A stretch of 64,000 nucleotides of DNA, taken from NCBI GenBank assembly GCA_964195235.1, contig CAXMOW010000006.1, positions 4,477 through 68,476 of the forward strand. The letters run 5' to 3'. The notes under the pieces were generated by a model. The model did not search any database, was not told the origin of the DNA, and worked only from the letters and a program-made list of their open reading frames with translations. The DNA is from an uncultured Acidimicrobiia bacterium (GTDB taxonomy: Bacteria > Actinomycetota > Acidimicrobiia > Spongiisociales > ZC4RG35). The translations under genes were made by a program, and so were the position numbers. Position 1 is the first letter of the stretch. Each line of letters opens with the position of its first letter. Positions 30,980 through 41,569 of this stretch are shown piece by piece.

Positions 30980-31912
30980 ATGACACCCGAGGAGCATTTT
31001 CAGGCGATCGTTGACGCCGAGGACAAGATCGAGCCAACCGACTGGATGCCGGAGGGCTATCGCAAAACCCTGATTCGCCAGATCGCCCAACATGCCCACT
31101 CCGAGGTGATTGGGATGCAACCAGAGAGCAACTGGATCACCCGTGCCCCCAGTCTTCATCGCAAAGCCATCCTCATCGCCAAGGTCCAGGACGAGGCCGG
31201 CCATGGGCTGTACCTCTACTCGGCCGCAGAGACTCTGGGTGTGAACCGCGATGAGATGCAGGAGTTGCTCCACCAAGGCAAACACAAGTACTCGTCCATC
31301 TTCAATTATCCGTCTCTGAGCTGGGCCGATATGGGCACGATCGGCTGGCTGGTCGACGGCGCTGCCATTACCAACCAGGTGATGCTCACAAGGTGCTCCT
31401 ACGGCCCCTACGCGAGGGCGATGGTCCGCATCTGCAAGGAGGAATCGTTTCATCAGCGCCAGGGTTATGAACTTCTGATCACCCTCTGTCAGGGCTCGGC
31501 AGAGCAGAAGGCGTTGGCTCAAGATTCGCTCAACCGCTGGTGGTGGCCGTCCCTGATGATGTTTGGCCCTCACGACTCCGAGTCACCCCACACCCAGCAG
31601 TCAATGGCATGGAAGATAAAGAGGGTTACCAACGACGACCTTCGCCAGCAGTTCGTCGACATGACTGTTCCGCAGGCCGAATACCTCGGTCTCGACATCC
31701 CCGACCCTGAGATTCAGTGGAACCCGGAGCGTGGCCATTATGACTTCGGTGAGATCGACTGGGACGAATTCTGGCGGGTAGTCAAAGGCAACGGTCCGAT
31801 GAACAGAGAGCGGGTTGCGCACAAGGTCAAGGCATGGGAGTCCGGTGCCTGGGTACGTGAGGCCGCAACGGCTCATGCAAAGAAGAACAAGAGAGCGAGG
31901 ACCGCAGCGTGA
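30980..31912 (+). CDS. paaA: Phenylacetyl-CoA epoxidase subunit A
   Basis: [43 protein letters not shown]; ATG 30980. Confidence 0.97.
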   Translation: MTPEEHFQAIVDAEDKIEPTDWMPEGYRKTLIRQIAQHAHSEVIGMQPESNWITRAPSLHRKAILIAKVQDEAGHGLYLYSAAETLGVNRDEMQELLHQGKHKYSSIFNYPSLSWADMGTIGWLVDGAAITNQVMLTRCSYGPYARAMVRICKEESFHQRQGYELLITLCQGSAEQKALAQDSLNRWWWPSLMMFGPHDSESPHTQQSMAWKIKRVTNDDLRQQFVDMTVPQAEYLGLDIPDPEIQWNPERGHYDFGEIDWDEFWRVVKGNGPMNRERVAHKVKAWESGAWVREAATAHAKKNKRARTAA

Positions 31913-32253
31913 CATACGACGTACCGGTTGCCCCTGGCGAGTCGGCAGACATCGAAGAGTCGACCCAGCTAAACGCTGACGCCTGGCCGATGTGGGAAGT
32001 GTTTGTCAGAGCAAGAAGAGGGATCTCTCACGTACATATCGGGAGTCTCCACGCGCCAGATGACGTCACCGCACTCGAGAACGCCCGTGATGTGTATACG
32101 CGTCGCGGCGAGGGAGTGAGCGTCTGGGTCGTTCCCAGCACCGAAGTGTCGGCATTCGAGCCAGATGCGGCTGCCGAGTATGTGGAGGCGAATGACAAGG
32201 TATACAGACTCGCCACTCACTACGACATCCCAGAAGAAGTGGGGCAGATGTGA
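31909..32253 (+). CDS. paaB: Phenylacetyl-CoA epoxidase subunit B
   Basis: [38 protein letters not shown]. Confidence 0.95.
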   Translation: MTYDVPVAPGESADIEESTQLNADAWPMWEVFVRARRGISHVHIGSLHAPDDVTALENARDVYTRRGEGVSVWVVPSTEVSAFEPDAAAEYVEANDKVYRLATHYDIPEEVGQM

Positions 32254-32996
32254 CACTCGCGAGCAAGGCACCCCAAGGGACCCCAATACCCGACGCCGGC
32301 GACAGATTCACCATGCTGTTGGCCCACGCCGACGACAACATGGTCACTTCGCAGCGTATGGCAGAGTTGATCTCCAACGCTCCGGAGTTGGAGCTCGACA
32401 TCGCTGTCGGCAACACTTCTCTTGATCATCTTGGGGTAGCCCGGGCGCTTTACACACTCGCGGGGGAGGTCGAAGGTGAGGGACGTGGGGAGGATGAATT
32501 CGCCATGTTCAGAACCGAGCGGGAGTACACCAATCTCCTCCTTGTCGAGCAACCAAACGGTGATTTTGCCCAGACCGTTGTCCGACAGTTTCTCTTTGAC
32601 GCGTATCAGAAAGAGCTGTGGACCGAGCTGGCTGAGTCAAACAATGAGACGTTGGCCGGAATCGCGGCCCGCGCATTCAAAGAGAATTCGTATCACCTGC
32701 GTTTTTCCTCGGGATGGGTCATCCGTCTTGGCGACGGCACCGAGGAGTCACATCGGCGCAGCCAGATGGCCGTCTATGACCTCTGGCAGTACACGACTGA
32801 GCTGTTTGAGAACAACAACTACCGGTCGGCGTGGGATCAAGAAGTCGAATCGGTCCTGGCAGAGGCCACCCTCGACCTGCCGGACGACGGATATCAGCGG
32901 ACCGGAGGCCGAAGCGGTTTTCACACCGAACATCTCGGTTTCATGCTTGCCGAGATGCAATGGATGCAGCGCAGTTATCCGGACATGGAATGGTGA
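32250..32996 (+). CDS. paaC: Phenylacetyl-CoA epoxidase subunit C
   Basis: APELE.DIA..N, EQPNGDFA, RLGDGTEESH, G.HTEHLG..LAEMQ..QR. Confidence 0.95.
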   Translation: MTLASKAPQGTPIPDAGDRFTMLLAHADDNMVTSQRMAELISNAPELELDIAVGNTSLDHLGVARALYTLAGEVEGEGRGEDEFAMFRTEREYTNLLLVEQPNGDFAQTVVRQFLFDAYQKELWTELAESNNETLAGIAARAFKENSYHLRFSSGWVIRLGDGTEESHRRSQMAVYDLWQYTTELFENNNYRSAWDQEVESVLAEATLDLPDDGYQRTGGRSGFHTEHLGFMLAEMQWMQRSYPDMEW

Positions 32997-33457
32997 GCAC
33001 CACCACGCTCGAGGTGGCCGACGTTCGTGAGATTCTTTCTCAGGTAGTCGATCCCGAGATTCCCGTTCTCACGATCGAAGATCTGGGAGTTCTCCGGTCT
33101 GTCGAAGTCATCGATCCTCGAGTGATAGTCACGATCACTCCGACATACTCGGGCTGTCCTGCGATGCGTCAGATCGAAGACGATATTGGGTCGACACTCC
33201 ACAGACATGGCTTCGAACAGGTTGAAGTTCGCACGGTCCACTTTCCTGCTTGGACCACAAGCTGGATCACAGAAGACGGCCACCGCAAGTTGGCTGAGTT
33301 CGGGACTGCGCCTCCCACAGCCGAGAGTGAAGTGCTCTGCCCGCGGTGCGACGCGTCCGCACCGAAGATGATCGCCCGGTTTGGTTCGACTGCCTGCAAG
33401 GCACTAATGGTGTGCAGCTCTTGTGGAGAACCGTTCGACTACTTCAAGGAGTTCTAG
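32990..33457 (+). CDS. paaD: Phenylacetyl-CoA epoxidase subunit D (PaaD/PaaJ)
   Basis: DPEIPVLTI.DLG, TPTYSGCPA, CPRC, FGSTACKAL..C..C.EPFDYFK. Confidence 0.95.
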   Translation: MVSTTTLEVADVREILSQVVDPEIPVLTIEDLGVLRSVEVIDPRVIVTITPTYSGCPAMRQIEDDIGSTLHRHGFEQVEVRTVHFPAWTTSWITEDGHRKLAEFGTAPPTAESEVLCPRCDASAPKMIARFGSTACKALMVCSSCGEPFDYFKEF

Positions 33458-34530
33458 TGAGCGAATTGGTATTCCATGAGCTCCGTGTCACCGAAGTCAC
33501 CGAGCTCACTGACGATTCGGTGGCCATAACTCTCGATGTCCCTCCGGAACTCGCCGACACCTTTGAATACCTGCCAGGTCAGCATGTCACCGTCCGTTCG
33601 ATGATTGACGGCGAGGACGTTCGGCGTTCTTATTCGATCTGCGCCAGCGTCAACACTGGAAAGCTCAGAGTAGGAGTCAAGAGACTCCCCGGAGGCGCAT
33701 TCAGTACCTTCGCTACCGGTGAGCTGGGAGCCGGCGACACCCTTGAAGTCATGTCTCCGGTTGGCGAGTTCACGATTGATCTCGACATGACGAAGCCTCG
33801 CCGAGCGGTTGCTATTGCGGCCGGATCGGGGATAACTCCGGTGTTGTCGTTGATCTCTTCGTCTTTGGAGAGCGAACCCGAGTCCTCGTGGACACTGATT
33901 TACGGCAACCGGACCGGCAACAGCGTGATGTTCCTCGACGAATTGGAAGGTCTGAAAGACCGATTTCACGCTCGGTTTCAACTCTTTCACATTCTGAGCC
34001 GAGAGGGCTCCGATGTTCCCTTGCTTTCTGGTCGCATAGATCCGCAGAAGATCAACACGATCTATTCGAGACTTCTCGATGGCGAGCGAGTCGATAGTTG
34101 GTATCTGTGTGGCCCTTACGACATGGTGAAGATGGCTCAAGAAACACTTGGTTCCCTGGGCGTTGACGATTCGAAGATTCATGATGAGTTGTTCTTCGCG
34201 GGCCCTGTCGACATGTCAACGCTGCCACCAGAGCCACCGGTTGGTGAAGGGTCAGTTGACCTGACGGTGATCCTCGACGGACGGGCCGTTGACACGAGGA
34301 TGACTCCTGAAACCTCCATCCTCGACGCTGCGTTAAGAGTCCGCACCGAGTTGCCTTTCTCCTGCAAGGGAGGGATGTGCGCCACATGCAAAGGCCGCAT
34401 CGAAGAAGGCGAGGTCAAGATGGATAAGAACTATGCCCTGATCGATTCCGAGGTTGACGCCGGATACGTCCTCACCTGTCAGTCCCATCCGCTGACTGAC
34501 AAGGTGGTTGTGCGATACGACCACCGCTAA
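33457..34530 (+). CDS. paaE: Phenylacetyl-CoA epoxidase reductase subunit E
   Basis: RRSYSIC, AAGSGITP, LCGP, C-terminal 2Fe-2S CKGGMCATC...LTCQ. Confidence 0.95.
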   Translation: MSELVFHELRVTEVTELTDDSVAITLDVPPELADTFEYLPGQHVTVRSMIDGEDVRRSYSICASVNTGKLRVGVKRLPGGAFSTFATGELGAGDTLEVMSPVGEFTIDLDMTKPRRAVAIAAGSGITPVLSLISSSLESEPESSWTLIYGNRTGNSVMFLDELEGLKDRFHARFQLFHILSREGSDVPLLSGRIDPQKINTIYSRLLDGERVDSWYLCGPYDMVKMAQETLGSLGVDDSKIHDELFFAGPVDMSTLPPEPPVGEGSVDLTVILDGRAVDTRMTPETSILDAALRVRTELPFSCKGGMCATCKGRIEEGEVKMDKNYALIDSEVDAGYVLTCQSHPLTDKVVVRYDHR

Positions 34531-35105
34531 TGGTCACGACTCGCAATACCAGGGGAGATGTGGTGGCGGCTGCGGGTCGGCTCTTTGCGGAACGTGGTTA
34601 CCACGGCACCTCGATGCGCGATCTGGGCAAAGAGTTGGGACTCCTCGGCTCGTCTCTCTACTCCCATGTGGAGTCCAAACAGGACTTGCTTGTAGACGTC
34701 GTTGGAGAGGGAGCCAGGTTGTTCGAAGCCTCGGCTGCGATGGCAACCGAGCACGATGGATCGGCAGCAGAATTGCTCGCCGCGCTAATCCGCGGTCACG
34801 TTGAAGTTGTGCTCGACAACCGCGATATTGTCCGTACCTTTCTCAATGAGGCCCGAATGCTTGACAGCGAACATAGGGAACGTGTCATTGAAGCGAGAGA
34901 CCACTACGAAAAGGCTTTTCGAAGGGTGCTTCAGGCCGGAGCCGCCGACGGCTCGTTTCGACGCGAGGTCGATCCGAAGACCGACACCATCTTCGTCCTC
35001 TCGGTTCTGAACGCGGTTGAGCGTTGGTACGACCCTGTTGGTGAACTAGACCGTCCGGCGCTGGTATCCGCCATCACCGAGTTTGCGCTGCGAGGGCTTA
35101 CCTAG
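34530..35105 (+). CDS. TetR family regulator, PaaR-like
   Basis: LFAERGYHGTSMRD...LG....SLY.H..SK HTH; W..P.G C-terminal motif; last gene of the paa operon. Confidence 0.85.
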   Translation: MVTTRNTRGDVVAAAGRLFAERGYHGTSMRDLGKELGLLGSSLYSHVESKQDLLVDVVGEGARLFEASAAMATEHDGSAAELLAALIRGHVEVVLDNRDIVRTFLNEARMLDSEHRERVIEARDHYEKAFRRVLQAGAADGSFRREVDPKTDTIFVLSVLNAVERWYDPVGELDRPALVSAITEFALRGLT

Positions 35106-36033
35106 ACGACTGTCTCCTGGTTCTTGCCGCGTTTTGCTGGAGGCGACATGGGAATATCTAGCGTTCTCGTCAGCTGGTGAAGGCATTTCAAAGGACAAGA
35201 AGGACTGGTGGAAACTTGCAGCGGTTGCTGCCGTTGCCGTCGCATTGGCAGGTCTAGGGACCGTCATCGCTTCCAATCTCGCACCATCCTCAGCCTCACG
35301 CGGTTCGGAGACGGCTCAACCGAACACGACTACGGCGAAGCAGACGTTGACAACAATCGTCTCGGGCCCTGCGGCAACCACCTCCTCTTCTCTGTCATCG
35401 TCCACCACAATTGGGGGCGCGCCAGCATTCATTGAGCCATCCGACACCATTCTCGAGTTTGGTGACACCGACACGACACACGGCTTAGATCTGACCAACA
35501 CCGGCGAGACCCCAGCGTCGTGGACGATCCTCTCGGCGAACGCCAGTCTGACCGCCAGTCCATCGGCCGGTGAGATCGAGGCCGGTGAAGTTGAGTCGGT
35601 ATCGATTGTCCTCGATCGCCAGACACTGGATGAAGGTGAGTTGGACGCCACCCTGACTCTGACGTGGGACAACAGCGAGCAACAGATCTTTGTTCGCGGG
35701 GTCCACGCCGAGAACCCAATCATCATCGGTCCCACGGCGACACCGTCCATTGTCTTCTCCCAGGGCCTATCCACCTGCAGCCCCGCCAAGACCACGATCA
35801 CTGTTCGAGTCAAAGACACATCCGAGTTGGCAGGGGTGCTGGTTCGTTGGACGAGCGGCGGCGATGGCGGAACAGTGGAGGTCCTGATGACCGCAGTCGA
35901 CGAGGAGAATTATCAGGCGGTGATAGGACCGTTCACCACCATCGCTCCACCCGACGTCAAGATCGTGGCACGGGACATACACGACAACGCCGGAGGTGCT
36001 GCGGTCGCCTTAGTGGTTGCGCCATGTCCATGA
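35083..36033 (+). CDS. Membrane-anchored Ser/Thr-rich protein with Ig-like beta domains
   Basis: N-terminal TM, S/T linker, L.N.G....W...P..G.I..G motif; true start unresolved (possibly ATT 35185). Confidence 0.6.
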   Translation: MRCEGLPRRLSPGSCRVLLEATWEYLAFSSAGEGISKDKKDWWKLAAVAAVAVALAGLGTVIASNLAPSSASRGSETAQPNTTTAKQTLTTIVSGPAATTSSSLSSSTTIGGAPAFIEPSDTILEFGDTDTTHGLDLTNTGETPASWTILSANASLTASPSAGEIEAGEVESVSIVLDRQTLDEGELDATLTLTWDNSEQQIFVRGVHAENPIIIGPTATPSIVFSQGLSTCSPAKTTITVRVKDTSELAGVLVRWTSGGDGGTVEVLMTAVDEENYQAVIGPFTTIAPPDVKIVARDIHDNAGGAAVALVVAPCP

Positions 36034-36094
36034 TGCTTTGGTGGCCTTTCGCCGAGGTTTGTGATCGGCCGGTGGATCGGCCATCGTTCTTGCG

Positions 36095-37279
36095 ATGAGA
36101 ATCGTCCTCGCCTATTCAGGTGGCCTCGACACATCGGTGATCCTCGCTTGGCTCAATGAGGAGTACGACGCCGAGGTGATTGCATACACCGCCGACGTCG
36201 GTCAGGGTGTTGAAGTCGCCGAGGCTGAGGAAAAGGCTCTGGCCACCGGTGCCATGGCCGCTGTAGTGGATGATCTTCGTGAGCCATTCGTTGCTGAAGC
36301 TGTCTTTCCGGCAATCAGAGCCGCGGCCGTTTACGAGACCGAGTATCTGCTTGGGACGTCATTGGCGCGGCCGATCATCACCCAAGGGATGGTGGCGACC
36401 GCGCTCGAATACGGTGCTGACGCCGTGGCTCATGGCGCCACCGGCAAAGGAAATGACCAGGTTCGGTTCGAGCTCTCCACAGCTGCATTGGCCCCGGATC
36501 TGAGGACCATCGCCCCCTGGCGGGAGTGGGACATGAATGGCCGCTCCGATCTCGTCGCGTATGCCAAGGCGCGTGACATCCCAGTTCCGGTCACCAAAGA
36601 GTCCCCGTATTCGATGGACGCCAATCTCTTTCACATCTCTTATGAGGGCGGGGTTCTCGAGGATCCGTGGGTCGCGCCTCCTCCAGGAATGTTCCGATTG
36701 ACCTCCGATCCCGAGGCGGCTCCCGACGAACCTCAAGAGATAACCATCGGTTTCGAAGGAGGAACGCCAGTTTCCGTTGAGGGCGAGCGCCTGAGTCCAG
36801 TTGAGCTTTTGACTCAGCTCAACACGACCGCGGGTCGCCATGGCGTCGGCCGAATCGACATCGTTGAGAACCGCTTTGTTGGCATCAAGAGCCGGGGCGT
36901 TTACGAAACACCTGGTGGAACGGTTCTTCATGCAGCCCGACGAGCCATCGAGACATTGACGCTCGATAGAGAGGTACTTCACCTGCGGAACGATCTGGCC
37001 ACTCGGTATGCCCGGATCGTCTACAACGGATTCTGGTTCTCGCCGGAACGAGTGGCACTCCAGGAGACCATGGATTCCCTTCAGTCGTCCGTGACCGGAG
37101 AAGCACGTCTGGTCCTGTACAAAGGCTCGGTGCGGGTGGTGGGACGTCGCTCACCCAACACGCTCTACGACCCCGATATCGCCACCTTCGAGACCGACAA
37201 GGTCTATCGACAAGCTGACGCTGAGGGTTTCATCAACCTCAACGCCCTCCGGATCAGAGGGTTTGGTAGCGGATCGTGA
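36095..37279 (+). CDS. argG: Argininosuccinate synthase
   Basis: [41 protein letters not shown]. Confidence 0.98.
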   Translation: MRIVLAYSGGLDTSVILAWLNEEYDAEVIAYTADVGQGVEVAEAEEKALATGAMAAVVDDLREPFVAEAVFPAIRAAAVYETEYLLGTSLARPIITQGMVATALEYGADAVAHGATGKGNDQVRFELSTAALAPDLRTIAPWREWDMNGRSDLVAYAKARDIPVPVTKESPYSMDANLFHISYEGGVLEDPWVAPPPGMFRLTSDPEAAPDEPQEITIGFEGGTPVSVEGERLSPVELLTQLNTTAGRHGVGRIDIVENRFVGIKSRGVYETPGGTVLHAARRAIETLTLDREVLHLRNDLATRYARIVYNGFWFSPERVALQETMDSLQSSVTGEARLVLYKGSVRVVGRRSPNTLYDPDIATFETDKVYRQADAEGFINLNALRIRGFGSGS

Positions 37280-38625
37280 CACTCTGGGGCGGTCGTTTTG
37301 AGGGGTCGATGTCAAAGGGAACCTGGGATTTCACCACTGACGAGAGTGATCGTCGTCTGCTGATCGTCGACATCATCGGATCGATTGCCCATGTCACCAT
37401 GCTCGGTGAGGTCGGGATCGTCATGACCGAGGATGCCGCCGCTCTCAAAGATGGTTTGAATCAGGTTCTGACTGAAGCAGAAAACGGGGAGTTCAAGTTC
37501 TTCGAGTCCGATGAAGATGTGCACTCTGCGGTGGAGCGCCGTCTGGGTGAGATCGTGGGCGACGTTGCTGGCAAACTCCACACCGGTCGATCTCGAAATG
37601 ATCAAATCGCCCTCGATCTGCGTATTTACCTGAGCCGAGCCGGACGGGCACGAGTCGAAGGGCTGCGTGGTCTGGCGTCGAAACTTGCCGACCTGGCAGA
37701 GGGACACATCGACACTGTGATCCCTAGCTACACCCATCTTCAGCAGGCCCAGCCAACAACTCTGGGCCACCATCTCCTGGCTTATGCATGGATGGCGTTG
37801 AGATCGATGGACCGTTTCGCCGATGCCCTGAAGCGAATTGAGATCTCTCCACTAGGCGCAGGTGCCGCCTCCGGTTCAACCCTTCCACTCGATCGGGAAA
37901 TGACCAGTAGGGAGCTCGGCTTTGCTGCCCCGATGGCTAATTCGCTGGACGCGGTCGGTACTCGAGACTTCGTCGCCGAATACGTCTTTTGTTGTGCTCA
38001 GGCCATGACAGAAATGTCACGACTAGCTGAGGAGATCATTCTGTGGGCAAGCAAGGAATTCGGCTGGGTTCGATTTGGTGACGATGTGTCGACGGGGTCG
38101 TCGGCCTTGCCCCAGAAGCGAAACCCCGATATCGCCGAGCTGATTCGAGGTCGAGCCGCCACATTGACGGGAGACCTTGCCGCGATTCTTGCGCTTCAGA
38201 AGGGCCTTCCCCTCGCCTACAACCGTGACCTCCAGGAAGATAAGCGAATCGTCTTTCACGCAGATGACACGCTGGCATCTGCGCTTCAGGCGATGATCGA
38301 GATGCTCGGCGGCATCGAGTTCGACCCACCACTTCCAGGTGCCGAGACGGTAAGTCTTGACCTCGCGGAGGCACTGGTGGCGCGTGGCGTGGCGTTCCGG
38401 GAGGCCCACACTGTTGTAGGCAGGCTTGTGGCTCACCTCGAGGAATCAGGCCGCGGTCTTGATGCCGCCACGATGGAAGACCTCGAGGCGATCGACTCCA
38501 GATTTGAGATCTCCGATCTCGGGCTGACTGACGTGAATGTGTCGATTGCCAATCGGGTCACATTGGGTTCAGGGAGTCCAGACTCGGTCCGGGACCAGAT
38601 CGAGCAAATACGCCGATTGACTTAG
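37276..38625 (+). CDS. argH: Argininosuccinate lyase
   Basis: [42 protein letters not shown]. Confidence 0.97.
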   Translation: MTLWGGRFEGSMSKGTWDFTTDESDRRLLIVDIIGSIAHVTMLGEVGIVMTEDAAALKDGLNQVLTEAENGEFKFFESDEDVHSAVERRLGEIVGDVAGKLHTGRSRNDQIALDLRIYLSRAGRARVEGLRGLASKLADLAEGHIDTVIPSYTHLQQAQPTTLGHHLLAYAWMALRSMDRFADALKRIEISPLGAGAASGSTLPLDREMTSRELGFAAPMANSLDAVGTRDFVAEYVFCCAQAMTEMSRLAEEIILWASKEFGWVRFGDDVSTGSSALPQKRNPDIAELIRGRAATLTGDLAAILALQKGLPLAYNRDLQEDKRIVFHADDTLASALQAMIEMLGGIEFDPPLPGAETVSLDLAEALVARGVAFREAHTVVGRLVAHLEESGRGLDAATMEDLEAIDSRFEISDLGLTDVNVSIANRVTLGSGSPDSVRDQIEQIRRLT

Positions 38626-38634
38626 TGGTCCGAG

Positions 38635-39663
38635 CTACCCACCGTTGGACGAGGTGGCATTGACAGTCCATGTGCCGTGAGAGCGGATCAGCTGCTCGAT
38701 GTCGCCTTCACCGAGTTTCGACTTGGCGGCTTCGACTTGTGCCTGAACTTCGTGGTCATAGACGGCCCTCTCAACATTTCGAAAAACACCGAGAGGGGTT
38801 GGCCCATATGGGCCATGAGAGAGTCTGCTCAGGGCGAAAGCCGTCGAAGGATCCTGACGTGTCTCGTCATGTACGAGGATCGCTTTCGGATCGACCGAAG
38901 ACGAGTCGACGATCTGTGCCTCTCCGCCACGCATCACCACGGCTTTGGCCCCACTGTCAAAGACGATTGGCTTTCCGTGCTCGAGGTCTACACGATTGTG
39001 AACCCGCTCTTCTTTGCCTGTCAGCTGGATGAAGGCCTTGTCGTTGAACACATTGCAGTTCTGATATATCTCGATGAACGCCGAACCTTGGTGTTCGTAG
39101 GCGGCCCTGAGAATGGACTGAGTGTGGTTGCGATCCATGTCGAGCGTTCGGGCCACGAACGAAGCTTCAGAGCCGAGGGCGAGTGAAACAGGGTTGAACG
39201 GATAGTCGATCGAGCCGAAGGGCGACGACTTTGTTGTCTTACCCACCTCCGAGGTCGGAGAGTATTGGCCCTTCGTCAGACCATATATTTGGTTGTTGAA
39301 CAGGAGGATCTTGATGTTCACGTTGCGTCGGAGAGCGTGGATCAGGTGATTCCCACCGATGGACAGAGCATCGCCGTCACCTGTAACCACCCACACAGAA
39401 AGGTCGGGTCGGGTTGAGGCGATACCAGAGGCGATGGCCGGTGCCCGTCCGTGAATCGAATGCATGCCGAATGTATTCACGTAATAGGGGAATCGGGACG
39501 CACATCCAATGCCCGAGATAAAAACGAACTCCTCACGGGGACGTCCGAGTTCGGCCAGGAATCCCTGCACCGAGGCAAGGACGGTGTAGTCACCACATCC
39601 TGGACACCAACGCACCTCCTGGTCCGTCTGAAAGTCCTTACGGGTATACGAGGGCGTTGTCAC
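38635..39663 (-). CDS. korB: 2-oxoacid:ferredoxin oxidoreductase beta subunit
   Basis: WCPGCGD, SGIGC, HGRA, GDGDA.SIG.NH, YGLTKGQ.SPT; GTG 39663 overlapping the korA stop. Confidence 0.93.
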   Translation of the reverse strand: MTTPSYTRKDFQTDQEVRWCPGCGDYTVLASVQGFLAELGRPREEFVFISGIGCASRFPYYVNTFGMHSIHGRAPAIASGIASTRPDLSVWVVTGDGDALSIGGNHLIHALRRNVNIKILLFNNQIYGLTKGQYSPTSEVGKTTKSSPFGSIDYPFNPVSLALGSEASFVARTLDMDRNHTQSILRAAYEHQGSAFIEIYQNCNVFNDKAFIQLTGKEERVHNRVDLEHGKPIVFDSGAKAVVMRGGEAQIVDSSSVDPKAILVHDETRQDPSTAFALSRLSHGPYGPTPLGVFRNVERAVYDHEVQAQVEAAKSKLGEGDIEQLIRSHGTWTVNATSSNGG

Positions 39664-41531
39664 TTGATCATCTCCGCGATTTTGTCTTCGATGTCGGTCA
39701 CTCTGAAAGGCTCGCCAGATACCTGATTGAGTCCGGTCGCATCTATCAGGTATTCGGCCCTGATCACTTTGAGTAGTTGCCCGGTATTCATCTCGGGTAT
39801 CAGGAGCTTGTGATAAGAGTTCAAAACCTGCCCGAGGTTGTTCGGGAGCGGGTTGAGATGTCTGAGATGAGCCGATGCCACTTTGTGCCCCAACTGACGC
39901 ATGCGGTTGGCTGCGGCGCGAATCGATCCGTAGGTCGATCCCCATCCGAGAACCAGAACCGAGGCGTCCTCATCCCCAAAAACCTCTATGTCCGGCACGT
40001 CATTGGCAATGTTCGCCACTTTCCACGCCCGGGTGTCAGTCATCAGTTGATGGTTTCCCGGGTCATAGGAGACGTTTCCGGTAATGGCGTCCTTCTCGAG
40101 ACCACCAACACGGTGCTCGAGGCCTGGGGTTCCCGGGATCGCCCAAGGTCGGGCGAAGGTGTCCACGTCGCGCAGGTATGGCAGGAAGGTTCCGTCGGGA
40201 CCGTTGACATGCTTGGCGAATTCGACCTTGAACTCGGGTATCGCATCGATATCAGGGAGCAGCCAGGGCTCGGATCCGTTGGCGATGTAATTGTCACTGA
40301 GAACAATCACCGGCGTCATGTACTTGATGGCGATTCGTGCCGCCTCGATAGCCATTTCGAACGCCTCGGATGGTGTGGCTATGGCCAAGATCGGTAAGGG
40401 TGACTCACCGTGACGTCCGTATAAGGAAAAAAGCAGGTCGGACTGTTCCGGTTTCGTCGGCAAACCAGTTGAGGGGCCACCCCGCTGAACGTCGAGCACG
40501 ATCATGGGAAGTTCGAGCATGAACGCCAGGGAAATTGCTTCGCTCTTCAGAGCGATTCCAGGCCCGGACGACCCGGTGACGGCCAGGTTTCCTGCAAAGG
40601 CGGCGCCGATAGCGGCCCCTACCCCGGCGATCTCATCTTCGGCCTGAAACGTGCGGACACCGAAGTTCTTGTGTTGGGACAGCTCATGGAGGACATCCGA
40701 CGCCGGCGTTATCGGGTAGGTCCCATAGAAGAGCGGAATCCCAGCCTTCTGCGAAGCGGCGATGAGGCCCCATGCCAGCGCCGTGTTGCCATTGACGTTG
40801 GTATACGTGCCCGGTCGGAGCTCAGCCGGCTTGACTTCGAAGGTGTTCTTCGTCGCCTCGGTGGTAATCCCGAAGTTGTATCCGGCCTTGAACGCAGCTG
40901 TGTTGGCAGCGGCTACTTCGGGCAGTTTGGCAAACTTCTTCTCGACCCACTCGATGGTGGGTTCGGTCGGGCGGTGGAAAAGCCAAGCCATCAGACCCAA
41001 AGCGAAGAAGTTTTTGGAGCGGAGCACGTTTCTCCCGCTGACACCGCTGTCTTTGACGGCTATTTTGGTGAGGTCATCCATCGGGACTTCGATCACTCGG
41101 TAGCCCTCGAGGCTGTCGTCTTCGAGTGGGTTGTTCTCATAACCGGCCTTGGCGAGATTTCTCTCGTCAAAGGTGTCGGTGTTGATCACGAGGGTGCCAC
41201 CTTGGCGAAGGTCCTTGAGATTTGTCTGAAGGGCGGCGGGATTCATTGCCACCAGGCAGTCGGGAGAATCACCGGCAGTGAGAATGTCGAAGTCGGCGAT
41301 CTGAACCTGAAATGAGGAGACGCCGGGAAGAGTTCCTGCAGGTGCGCGAATCTCGGCTGGGAAGTTGGGGAGGGTCGCCAGGTCATTTCCAAAAAGAGCC
41401 GAGGCATCGGTGAACCGGTTTCCTGCAAGCTGCATGCCGTCGCCGGAGTCACCGGCGAAACGAACTACGAGTTTGTCGGCGACTTCAGTTGAGGTCGTCT
41501 CGGGCTCTGATGTGGCGATCTCGTCGGCCAC
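39660..41531 (-). CDS. korA: 2-oxoacid:ferredoxin oxidoreductase alpha subunit
   Basis: RFAGDSGDGMQL, YPITPAS, QAEDEIA, QRGGPSTGLPTK. Confidence 0.93.
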   Translation of the reverse strand: MADEIATSEPETTSTEVADKLVVRFAGDSGDGMQLAGNRFTDASALFGNDLATLPNFPAEIRAPAGTLPGVSSFQVQIADFDILTAGDSPDCLVAMNPAALQTNLKDLRQGGTLVINTDTFDERNLAKAGYENNPLEDDSLEGYRVIEVPMDDLTKIAVKDSGVSGRNVLRSKNFFALGLMAWLFHRPTEPTIEWVEKKFAKLPEVAAANTAAFKAGYNFGITTEATKNTFEVKPAELRPGTYTNVNGNTALAWGLIAASQKAGIPLFYGTYPITPASDVLHELSQHKNFGVRTFQAEDEIAGVGAAIGAAFAGNLAVTGSSGPGIALKSEAISLAFMLELPMIVLDVQRGGPSTGLPTKPEQSDLLFSLYGRHGESPLPILAIATPSEAFEMAIEAARIAIKYMTPVIVLSDNYIANGSEPWLLPDIDAIPEFKVEFAKHVNGPDGTFLPYLRDVDTFARPWAIPGTPGLEHRVGGLEKDAITGNVSYDPGNHQLMTDTRAWKVANIANDVPDIEVFGDEDASVLVLGWGSTYGSIRAAANRMRQLGHKVASAHLRHLNPLPNNLGQVLNSYHKLLIPEMNTGQLLKVIRAEYLIDATGLNQVSGEPFRVTDIEDKIAEMIK

Positions 41532-41569
41532 TGTTCACTTCCTTGTAGATGTAAATGCTCCATCCAAGT

